From NCBI GenBank assembly GCA_904063045.1, contig CAJFCJ010000001.1, positions 62,001 to 126,000 on the forward strand: 64,000 nucleotides of DNA. Direction: 5' to 3'. The position numbers were made by a program, and so were the translations under genes. The notes beneath the pieces were generated by a model, which ran no database searches, was not told the DNA's origin, and saw only the letters and a list, made by a program, of their open reading frames with translations. This DNA is from Dimorphilus gyrociliatus. Lineage: Eukaryota; Animalia; Annelida. This document shows, piece after piece, positions 36,782-48,876 of the stretch (position 1 is its first letter; the number at the start of each line of letters is the position of its first letter).

Positions 36782-38531
36782 ATGGCAACAACAAATTCCC
36801 AACAACAAACTAAAATAAAAGAATTGACAATGCTTCACGATAAAATGTATTATTCGGCTTCAACTGCTCTGGAAGACTACATCAATGAATATGAGGGAAA
36901 GGTTGCAAGTCAGGTATTAATCTAAATTTTAAATTTAAACATCTATTTGATTTTCTGTGTTTAATTAGGTGAAAGATAGGTATGAAAGGGAATTGATTGA
37001 GTTATTTGCTACACCAACATTATCAGAAAAAAGTCTTATTTTAAATAACAATCAAGACGAATCCATATCAAACGATTTCTCCGAGTCACTCCAAATAACT
37101 AGTACACCAATGAATTACAAGACAATAAAATTAACTGATCCTGTACATGGGCTCTCTCCTATAGGTGATATGAATTCAACAATTAAAGAACCACATACAG
37201 AATCTACAGACACTCAAAGAGAGATATCCAACGAGTTTGGTTCGGAAAATGAAAGAAGGCGTTTATTTGTGAGGCAATTGATCAAAGAAATCGAAGATGA
37301 CGTATCTAGTATAGCGAGTTCTCGGAACGAATTTGAAGTTGTTAATTGGACCAGCGGAGAAGATGAAACTACAGAAATGCTTTTAAAAAAGACGCAAGAG
37401 CTATGTGCTAGAGCCGAAAGATGTTTTTATCCTGGAATGTTTGATAACAATCGAGAAATAAGCGATTCAACATCATTAGCAACAGAAAATGACGTTGACA
37501 TATCATTGCTTGTAGATGAAATTAACAATCGGTGATTACTTCTATAGATTTTCAACCTAATGAACAGGAAATTGACATATCATCTCTTGATATTTTGACT
37601 TAAATTATTATATACAAGAGCTGTTCACTTTTATATATATATCTATATATACAGTATTTATATATATATATATATATAACTCATATGATAGATTCCATCT
37701 ATCGGATATACAGTACATTTAGATAAGGCATATTTATTATACTTATGTTTCATTGCAGATCATCAGAAAATACACATAACCAGGAGCAGGTAAGCAATTT
37801 AAAGCTTTTAAAAGCAAAATCATTTAGGAAATCTAACAAAAATTATGGTCGAAAGACTTTTCCAAATGTAACTTCTACGGAAATGCAATTAAACGTGTCA
37901 TGCTGACTTTTTACATGTAGCATACTTTTATGGTAATCGTCCTATTGATAGTTTCAAGACAAAATACCTCAACAGTGTAGGCGTTTGTAATATAAAGGAT
38001 ATTTTTAAACGAAATATGCTTGTACGACAATTTTTCATAGAATAAGAGAATGATTTGAATTAAGAATTTAAGCTTAGTATGTAAACATAATGTATTCTAT
38101 TTTTTGTGTATTGCTCTATATTAAATAAGTCAGATTGTCTTACAGACGTAGGAGTTTACTTCCTTTGTGTTTACATATTGTACATTTTCATTTAATTACT
38201 TTTATTTTAGCCTTATAATTCTTTCCGAAAATAAGTTACGTAATTTTATACGGTAAAAGCAGGTTCCCTACGACGAATTACAAGCTTCCATTAGTCGTGG
38301 AGAAGAAATAGCCGAAGGTCTATCAAACAGTATCCGCCAATTATTATCCTACAAGAACGAAAGAATTGCAAGTAGCGAATCTTTAGAAAAGTAAGACTGA
38401 TATCTTTTATTAGTTAATGAAAAATTTCGTACTAGGTGTCTATTAACTTTCATTTTTACCTTTTTTTTTTTAACAGGGCTGTCTATCATTTAAATAAACT
38501 GAAATCTTTAATGCAAATAAGCAGAGAGTGA
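36782..38531 (+). CDS. LAS2 / C18orf54-like protein
   Basis: Exons 36782-36913, 36969-37531, 37759-37789, 38263-38390, 38477-38531 join in frame. N-terminal LHDKMYYSASTALEDYINEYE resembles, from memory, the LAS2 motif YKDKLYRSASQALQAYIDDFD. The C-terminus is ESLEKAVYHLNKLKSLM. Confidence 0.55.
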
Positions 38532-38640
38532 ACTTTATTTTTTTTAATACTTTTTTTTAATACTGTTGTGTTTGTTTTTGATTCTTTACACTTTCCATAA
38601 AATACAAATTTTGCTTTGTTTTGAGTTTTTCCTTTTTTAC

Positions 38641-41600
38641 TTAAAAACGGTTATTATTCTTTCTTAAACTCCAGTATTCTTTCGATTCGGACACGAATTC
38701 CGGATGGATTACAAACGATGATTTGTACGGATTGCGAGCATTCTGTACACAAACAATTATATATCCAATTAATTTATCAGCAAACGTATACTACTAATAA
38801 TTAAGCACGGTAGACAGATTATTTTATTTAGGCTTACCGTAAAGAAACTTCTTTCGTTTATGAAATCCTTCCTTGGTGGTCCTCTTCGCTGATGAATGTG
38901 CAGAGGATGGTCTCCCTCATGTCTGGGAAATCCATAACCACGTCTAGAGATGGGAATATGAATAATGAATTTTAATATATTTCTATTGATTCTTGATACT
39001 TTGTATAATTAAAGCTTAAATTAGTATGCAAACTGTTTATCAATGACCATCGTCGGAGTAAGAATACTAGTAGCAGTGGCGAGATCTCCTTTAGGTTTAG
39101 CATATTTAGCTTCTTTCTCAGGTAAGCAGATATACTGATTAAAATCTAAATTATCCTGCCCACTATATGATAATTCAACTACTGTTCTATTTAATCCGTA
39201 CAACTCTGGAGAGCTAATAAAAAAATCATTTGTCTTTTTTATAAGAGATTATTATTCTATGTTCGTAAGCAAAATAAAATCTTACCATGATCCTGCCATA
39301 GCCGATGTCCTATAAGTGAATGTTCAATCTTACCTAAGCTGTAAGCTCTATAATCTCTATGGTGATACCTCACGTATAAATAATTGATGGGTAAAGAGTC
39401 ACGAAAGAATTTAATCAATTAATAACTATATCGAATTAGGTCTTAAAGTAAGAAAATTATTTAACATTACTAGAAAAAGTTAAAACCTCCGAAATAACTT
39501 TGTACAATTACAAAATATCAAAAAAGCATAGTTATATCCCTTACTGTAGATAATCGCACTTCTAAGTTTCCCTTTTGATAGATTGTTTTAATTATCTCGC
39601 ATTATATTCTTATGCTTACGCACTTTGCTGTATCATTGCGATCTTATGATTGAATAAACAATATAAACAAACGTTTTAATGCAAACTATTGGTTTTTCTT
39701 AGCTATTAGTGGGGATATGCCGCCAACATTTATACCATATGCTATACATGGTATATGAGATATATACAGTATATATAGTACATTTATATATATATATATA
39801 TACAGTACATCAGTACATATATCGTTTATACATGCTTCTATTTTTTTAAGTCAGGCTAAATTAACACGCTATAAATAGAATTCCGTAATTACGTTCCTTA
39901 TCATGCGCATGCGCCATCTCCCCCTTTTTTATAATCATAGTATTTGTACTCCGACGATCGACTTGTCATTTAGCTAGTCCACATGTTTTAAGCTTTTAAG
40001 ATTTACCCTTGTAAATTATCAGATAACATTCTAAAATATCTGCCCGACTCATCTCCATACGTTCCAGGAAAATTCGGCTCGGCCAAGGTTGTTCTTATAC
40101 CATAGCTATATGATTTTGAAGGTTTTGCGCTCTGGGCTCTTTTACCACTATTTTCTAAAGCTTTTAATAGATTCACTGCTACTTGACGCTCTAGAAACAA
40201 AAGAAAACCATAAGTATAAAAATAATTCTGTCTCATTAATCAATAGATACCATAGTCGTTAGAGTTATCGATTAGACTCTTTAATGCGGAAATGTTTTGA
40301 GTTTGCTTTATAAGAAAATATTCTTTAGAAATAAGTAAAAGGAAAATTTCTGTAGGGAGGAGAAGTTTAATTAAATATATTCAATAGTTACCTTATATAT
40401 GGCTCTTGAAGTCGGTCGAACCGTTGCTCTAAATGGTTCTGGGATAGGACTATGAAAGATCTCATTTCGTTCGTCGTCCTTAGATATTTCTGTAGCTCGG
40501 CTGAGAGGTCTGGTAGCTTCTTCGTTTCTTTCAGATGCTCTTGTTTTTGGTCGTACAACATCTTCTATTCTCGATTTTGGTCGCGGTGACCCTTTCAAAC
40601 TAGATGGAGGTGGTGGGGTAGGTGTTGTTTTCCAGATAGACCAATGATAATCCTTACGATGTTTCCTACCCGTTGTGGGTCTCTCCCTCATCAATGATGG
40701 GGGCACACTTTTTGGTCGACGAACTTCTGATGGATCACGAAAAACTTTAAGTAACCAGTTAATATTTTGGGTAGACATGTTGGTCTATTAAACTTTGAAT
40801 GGTTACTAAGCGCCTATTATTTCCTATTCGATCTTTTAATGCGTTTTTATTGACAATTTTGTTCTTTTTCATAAGCCTAGAATAATTAGAAAAAAATATG
40901 CCTAATATTTAGCCTGTTGAGTTACTGCCATTCAATTGTTTATTTGACAATCAAAAGTGATTGTTGGTCGTTTCAAACAACCTTATCAAGTTGTGAGCTT
41001 TTGAAAAGTTGGCATTGTGTAAATCTAGTGTATAATTTTTTTTTTCGTTTAATCTTTTATGAATTACTTACGACTTTGGCTTTTTGGTCTTACGGTCGAT
41101 GGCCGACTCCTCTCTTCCGAATCGCCCGTAGGAATGGTTATAAATTCTGTTTTTTTCCCTTCCTCCGATAATTCTAATTTGTCAATGACGTGGTCTATAG
41201 CGCTAGTTTGTTGTGGGGATGGTGATACTTGAAGTTGTCGCACGCTAATTGGAGTTGCTGTATGAGAAACATAGAAGCTTTAGGATATTAATTAACGAAG
41301 AAAATTTTTTCCTTTCATTAATTATTCCCCTACCGTTCGATGTCTGATAGTCCTTTACACGAAAAGGAATACAAGAGGATTAATAGAGTCAAACCTGATA
41401 ATCCGAGATAATCCTCTAATCTTTCAATTAGTAATTATAACAGTGGGAATACGGAATTTTTAGACTCTTTAGTAAAGAAAAAGAATTTTTACATTATTAT
41501 AAAATATTCTATTCATAGAGTTTAATCTACTGTTCTAAAATCTTTTGAAAAGAAGTGATAGTGATTTACATTATCAAATGCATTGTAATCCATAGTTGTG

Positions 41601-42425
41601 AACAATTATATAAGAAATTGATTTCCTTCTCGCTCAGCTAAGAAATAGAATTATATAGAATAAGGTTAGATATACAGTATATATATATATATATACATAT
41701 AAATCAGTCAGTAGACTTATGATAATCTTTATATTATACATTTAGAAAAAGACCTAATTAAATAATAAAATTTATTTAGAATTGAATTGGATAATCAGGT
41801 ATTTGAAATTCATTTAGCGTTAGCTTGATATTATACATGAAAATATATTAATATTAGAAATCGATATTGCAGTTTTCTTTATATTATTAAGTAAAATATT
41901 CATTTGTTTTTCTTTTTCATTTTTCTCTTTAATAGAAAGCATTGAAAAAAGGAGACTAACGTTAAAAATTCTAATAGATGAATTGTATGTATCTATTCAA
42001 AGTGGAATAATCCTATTATTAATTTACTTACCAGTTATAGTTAGCTTGTAATTTATCTTGCTTACAGCTTCGTTGGCGTCGTTCTTTAACTGATGACTAC
42101 TGACAGCCATAGTGTGACCACCGATTGGAGCACTTCGCTCCTTAATCAATTTATCCAAATAATCCTTGACCGCTTCATGAACCTCCTCTTTCAATTTTGA
42201 CTTGACAGGTCGATTTTTAACCTTCGTTCTTAACATCTCTTCGTTCTAGGTAAAGGAGAAAAATTGATCAAAGTTGTTGGTTACTGTATTAAATACATAG
42301 AAACGACGACTAAATGGCCTCCCTTAATCCTCTCATGACTGATTAAGGCCTATAATTACTACCGATTTAGTATTCTTTTCTAAATCTTCGGGTAAACTAT
42401 TAACGTTCGGTAATTCAGCATCCAT
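38641..42425 (-). CDS. One or two uncharacterised multi-exon gene(s)
   Basis: Clear exons: 42425-42363 (MDAELPN..), 42245-42066, about 41262-41075, 40778-40392 (Arg/Pro/Ser-rich), a short QTQNISAL..NDY exon, the ERQVAV..DNLQG exon ending at 40007, GKIEHSLIGHRLWQDH, ELYGLNRTVVELSYSGQD.., RGYGFPRHEGDHP.., and a last exon NARNPYKSSFVIHPEFVSE..RF* ending at 38641. Some junctions are unresolved and no family was recognised. Confidence 0.65.
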
Positions 42426-42798
42426 ATTGCTTATATCAATTTTTTATTTTTCAACGATTTTCAATGTTTGCCGGTCGAAATTTGCTCGATTAATGTCTAC
42501 ACTGTTGAATATTTTTACGCTTTTGATTTGTCGCTGTTTAAATATTGATCCTATTTTTGAAAAAAAGGGTTTGGCGTTATCAAAATAAAAGAAATCGACG
42601 CGTCTGGTTGTTTTGTGAAAGGATTTAAACTAGTTATGTATTTACTTTCTGTAATTGCTGTGAATTTAAATTCTCGTGCCCAGTGTTAAAGTGGTTCAGT
42701 GCTCCATATTTAGAATATTCTTTTTATAACCACCATTTACGCCTTCTAGCAAAGTGGTTGTTTTTTCTCTCACTGTTTACGGTGTCCGAAACCAGTCA

Positions 42799-42808
42799 GT
42801 CACGTGAC
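42799..42808. promoter_or_regulatory. CLEAR element (TFEB/MiT site)
   Basis: Perfect palindrome GTCACGTGAC 22 nt upstream of the GLMP ATG. Confidence 0.7.
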
Positions 42809-42830
42809 AGTCATATGATTCAAAAGGAAA

Positions 42831-45800
42831 ATGAAAAGCTATATTTTATTTGTATGTTTTTTTTACTTTAATGCATTATCCGTTGCAGCAACAGAGAGAG
42901 AGGTAAAACAGGAGAAAAGCATATACAAATGACATAGCAAAATATATTTAATTATATTTCATGCAGATAGAAATCCGCACTTTTAATTGTTCAAAATTCA
43001 ATGAAGAATTATCTATAAACAAAAACAGGATCAGCAAACACCTCAATCTAGTTTACTATCGTTTAGAAGGCAAAATATCTGACGACGTAGTCCACTTCCT
43101 ATTAGGAACAATTGGTTTGTATTTGGCACCAGCTAAACTACTTCTAGACACTTAATTTTACTAGTGAACAAAAAACAAAAGATTACAAGACTTGAAAACA
43201 CAAGTATCAGACAGAATAATCAAGTGCCATAAGCTTATAATATAGAATGATATATGCTATTTTAATAACAATTATTAGTAATAACTTATCTGTATTATCT
43301 ATATCTCAAAATTTTAAATCTTCAATTCTAAATAGGGAAACCAAGTGTACTGGTAATAAGAACAAATGGTCGACGTGATTGGTTAAACGTAAATTGCTCC
43401 AAATTATTAAATTCTACTGATACTGCGGGAGCAATTTATTTTCCTAATAAAAGTAAAGAGGGTATACTTAATAACTATGGCTTCCAATTTAATAAGGTAA
43501 ATAAATATTAAATGGTTATTTAAAACAATCTACCACTCAATTAACAGCTAATTAATCTCTCTTCCAATTTCTTAGTTAATAGAATATAACGACGTGAGCG
43601 ATAGAGCAGACTTAAAGTATGCAGAGAAACATTATAACTATAGCTCAGATTTTTGGAATATATGGCCAATGGAAGATTTTGAATGGGACAACAGTTTCAA
43701 CTTGACTAAAAATAATAGTAAAGAATTTATTCTTAGAATTTCTAAGTCTGAAAAACTGAACTTTACTCGAAATGGAAATATAGAAATTAAGGTAAACTAA
43801 TATAATCTAACAAACAAAAAAAAAAGAACCAAAACCAGACAGACGGTAAGAATCGTCGAATAAGAAGTTTCTTTTTTTGTGTTTTGATTATTTAAAAAAA
43901 AAAGAAAGAAAGAAAAAAGAGATTACAATAATAGCTAACAGATTATTATGATCATAAATACGAGAACATTGCTTTTGCAATGATGTAAAAATTACCGGAA
44001 GAGAGAATCGAGAGTGTGCTTTTTAATTATCTACACAGCAGTTTTCATCTTTTATTATTTTCCCGTAAAAAATTTTTTTCTACATTGTAAATTTGTTCCC
44101 TTTCGAGAAAGATTGTAGTACTTTACATATATCATATATGCGTACACATACATTGTTACATTTATAATCTAATACTGACAAATCATATGTTAAGGAATAA
44201 TTAAAAAATAGATATAATAGAATATTTATTTTATATTTTTAGGAATAATCTTATATAAATATTTAAAAAGAATTTCTAGTGCTCAAGACTAAAGATAGAA
44301 CTGTAAATTCTATGATAAGATGTTGAAAGAGATAAACAAATAAATAAGTATAAGAAAAACAGGCGTTAATTCCTATAAAGATAAGGGCTAAATCGATCAT
44401 TTGTCAGCAATAAAAAGAAAGACATCGTGTCTCATATTGAAAAGTATTTTTTTTCCCAGATATTTTCCAATTAATCCTAACGACACCCTTATTATAGAAA
44501 ATTGCAGTAAGGTAAAAAAGAGAAGAAAGAAAGAGAAGTAATTCAGGAGTGGTTCCCCAGACTACCAATTAATACGCTTGTAGAAATTTTTTATCAAGTC
44601 TTATTTGACTTTTATAATGCAATTGTCGTTTAATTATTCTTATAATGTATGAATTTTTTTCGAAGAAGACCTTTAGTTGTAGAACTTTGGTTTTTATCTT
44701 GAGCTGTATGGGAAATTTTTTAGCAACTGTAGGAGAGGATGTCATAATACCTATCTAACAACTTATATGTATATACAAATGAAGTAAACGTGTCTTTATA
44801 CCATTTTAATTTTCAATTAAACAGCAAAAGACTGTCTATAATATACAGTATATGATATACTTTTTAAATGGAAATATTAAATATATATCGTGATCTATTA
44901 TGATTCTTTTCATTTCTTTTTTTCAGATTAGATTTTATAAGTTTACAGTTTCTTTCCTTTTTTCTAACAGTTTCATTTCCGGCAAACAAGTTGCAGAAAT
45001 GATGATCTTCCTGGACTTCAATTTACGAGCAATAATACGCAATTTGATTTTGTATTGAATAACCTCAAACCATCTTTTAAAAATTCTCGCTTTGCTGTTG
45101 AACTTGAATCAATCTTTGAATCTAAACTGTCATCTAAATCGATTTTAATGAATTATATTGACGATGAACATTCACCTGGTGTATTTTCTATGAAAAATTG
45201 GTTTACCCCTTTTTTGAAAACGTCAGAAGCTGGTTATATACAATATAAGCCGGTTGCCTATACAAAGATAAAAAGGGAAAGGAAGACTTCGACCAAAGTC
45301 TTTGATTATGGTGTAAATAAAGTGAATGATGTTGCTATGAATGAAGCCGATGTTATATTTTACTCATACTTTGGCAATTGTATTAGTGGAGATACGTGTT
45401 CGATGAATAGAGAGAATGTGTCATTTGGTATTTCGAAAGATAAATTTTACGCCCTTACGAATTTCACTTCATGGTAAGCAAATGATTTTCTATTATCTTT
45501 TTTTAGACTATTCATTTATCCTTCGTATTTCTCTCCTTCCTCTTTCTATTTTATAAGTTCTTCTTTATTAAGATAAGCTTCGAGTTCTTAAATAACCTTG
45601 AACTTTATTTGAGTGCAAGTTATAGACAAACTGTCTTTTTCGAATACGACAAGTTTGGTAATTATTTTTTCTTAGGTATAATACCCAAATGAACAGACTT
45701 TTTTCCTTATTTTTTCTTTCAAAATAACAAAAGTGTACCTTTCTCTTTTGTTATAATGTAACTTTTTCCTATATACAGTATATATATGCTGTATATACAT

Positions 45801-48588
45801 ATGTATGTATGTATGTGTGTGTGTGTGTGTGTGTGCTCTTTTTTCTCCTTTTTTATGCATTTTATAGTTACCTATTCATCCAACAGAATATATACTTTTT
45901 GATGTAACTACTCAGCAATCTAACTAAAATAGATGTAGCTAATAATCTAAGTTACAGATTTATTGTTGTAATACGGACCACTTTGTAACGTCGTGTTTAA
46001 AGTTAATTGGGTTAGAGGTAGTTTCATGCTAATTTTTGCTTTATAAAATATGAAGTGTAAAAAAAATTTTAAATGGAAAATTAGTCAAATAGATTGGTGG
46101 TAAAATATGACGTAGATCATTTATAAACACGATATCGATTGCCACTTCCGGTAACTTTTACGTCAGCGTACGGTGTCAATTACGTACACGCTGAAAATCT
46201 TGTTACTGCGTTGACACATTTTTTTTATCATTAAATATCTTTTTTTCTTATTCTTAAACATTTCATTTAAAACGAGAAGAAAATGACTAAGTGCTCTCTC
46301 TCCCTCTCTTCTAGTCATAAAGAGAAATATTATATAATAATTCATATATTCTTACATTTCCAGAACTAAATATTTAGATTAATTACTCTATCTATGAATA
46401 TATCATTAAGTGAATGAGATGAAAGGTTTGTCAAATATACGTATTCTCATATGTTTAGGATTTTTTTGCCCTGAAAATCATTAAGCAAAAGTTAAGGCTC
46501 TATGACATTATGAAGGTATTCTTCCTCCCCCTAGGGACAATTATCATATGCCACATACGTAAATTACCTCAAACGTCTAAGGTTATAAATCTAGTCAATG
46601 ATAGTTGGTTTGTTTAGGTTATAACGTGATGAAAAACCATCTATGAATTCTAAGCTGATTAATTTCTTTTGTACTTAAAAACAGCTCAATAAGTTCGTAT
46701 AAAAAAATGTCATGCCAAATAAGAAATAGTTGACAGCGTTATTTTATCTATTTTTAATTTATCTTAAGTATTACTATTTAGAATTTGTAGTAAAAATTTA
46801 TTATATAATCGTTGATCAACAAATTTTAGTAGACAAGAAATAATTTTATAATTTTTCCTCTCTGTTAAGAAAAAAGGCACAATTTTCTTTTCCCCCTCCC
46901 TCCCTCCCCTGCCCTTCCCCCGCATCAATCTCTTTGTGCCTGTCTATCAGTAAATATATATAGCGTGCGCTGTAAAAATATAGTGAATATATATATATAT
47001 GTGTATACATGCATATAGTATATACGTATCCATATGCTGTATATATATTTTTATTTATTTATCTATTTTTGTTGATAAATGTGAGCTCGCGTATTTTATA
47101 AAGCAATAGAAATAGATACCTTTTTGCCTATATCGCTCTCTTTCACTTATTCATATATTAGTACGACAGCAGGAGATACGAGTACAAAGCCAACTGATTC
47201 TGATGTCAGTTACCTTCTCTCGCCCATTCTTTTTCTTTTCTAACGACCTCTTAATAAGGAGAAGAAGTAAATTTTGAAAGATTCTCTTTTCTTAAACTAA
47301 TAAAAAGGAAATTTCCTGTCTTTTTGTTATACAGAATTTCTAACAATTAGAAATATTAGTGGTTGTAGCAATAATTGTTGTTAATTCTGAATAATTTCTT
47401 TTACTGGTTGATAAACAATATCTTTGTTGACGGGAAATTAATTTCCTTTGATCCTTTCATATATACTTCTATCCATTCATTGGCGATGTAAATGGTTTGT
47501 AACTGGTTACCTACCTAACATCTCTTATTCCAAAGGATGTGTATATAAAAGTTAACGTTATGAATAGGAAAATTCTGTTTTCCATATAGAGAATTTTCTT
47601 ATTAATGTATTACAAACTACATATATTTTATACACTGTACATATATATAGTATATATGTAAATAAATATGTACAGTACATTTATCTTTATTTTATTCCTA
47701 TTTTCGAGTATTAGAAAATTGATCTCTTAAGTAAAATAAAAAGTAATAGAAAAGAAATAATACGTTGCAAGTTATTACAATTTTTATAATTAAAATATAA
47801 GAAAAAAAGTAACTGTTTTAGATTATATAGCGTTTATTTGAATATACAGTATATATACATTTATTGTAATTAAATTAATAAGGTTATATTGCGAGTATGA
47901 TAGAAAAATTATTTGGAATTTGTTTTTTAAGAGAACTTGAATATAATGAATTTAGTACTAAGGAGAATATTTTCTGATAGTTCGGTTTAAAAACATGAGG
48001 GAAAATCGGTAGAAATGAAGTGCATTATAAATGCAATAATAACGATATGTGGGTTTTTTTTAAGTAACATGATAATTATTGATCTTGATTTAATGTTTAT
48101 TATACCCTTTAGCTTTTGGATAAAATATCACCTTCTCGTCCCTTCGATTATTTATAATAAATCTAATAAGAAGATAGGAGAAGTTTAAAGATTCTCCTAG
48201 AAAAAGGTTAATTAGGGCAAACTTTTATTCTTACTTGTTAATATCCTCAATATTGGTAACAAACAAGTGATTTTGACATTTTATGACCTGTCACTTTGAA
48301 AATTTTAATTACTTTCCCTGAATTGAAACTTGTTGGCGTCATTGAACTGTTGTTCGACTTTTACACTGTCTATTTACAAACTCTTTAATTCATGTTTGCT
48401 TGTTTTTCAGGACTGCTTCTCTCGGCACTGGAAAGCCACCTGAAGACAACTTGTCCTTACTCGTTATATGCATCCTATCCCTTGGACTCGGAATACCATT
48501 TTTGCTTATTATAATAGGCATCATTATTGTCTGTGTGAGGCGTTATAGAAACTCAACGACACTCCACGAATACACGAGCATAAATTAA
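42831..48588 (+). CDS. GLMP: Glycosylated lysosomal membrane protein (NCU-G1 / C1orf85)
   Basis: Exons 42831-42902, 42967-43114, 43336-43496, 43576-43791, 44971-45473, 48411-48588 join in frame. Signal peptide, many N-glycosylation sequons, and C-terminal W|TASLGTGKPPEDNLSLLVICILSLGLGIP-TM-...EYTSIN* parallel to human ...GFPPVDGLSPLV...EYQSIN with the YxxPhi sorting motif. Confidence 0.85.
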
Positions 48589-48876
48589 GACGACTAACGA
48601 TTTTCGTTGTTATTCGACAAGCGGTGTCTATTTTTAGATGGCGTTCGTAGCGAGAGCGTCGCCGTATATATAAAAAACAGGTGACTGCTCAATGCGGGCC
48701 AGGAGACGGCAGCGTCTATATAGCTTTGCCGTTTCGGTCGAGATTCTTTTTTTAATTTACCAGCGCGTAAAAAAACACACCGAGTGACAATACGAAATCG
48801 GTTGCCATAGCGACGGCGTACTGTAAAAGAGGTGACGTCGACGGCGTCACGTATAGGGAGAGAGAGAGAGTAGAGA

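Noticed and set aside
37532-37603. Protein-looking frame VITSIDFQPNEQEIDISSLDILT* after LAS2-like exon 2
   Set aside because: Out of frame with the exon, and no supported splice route into it.
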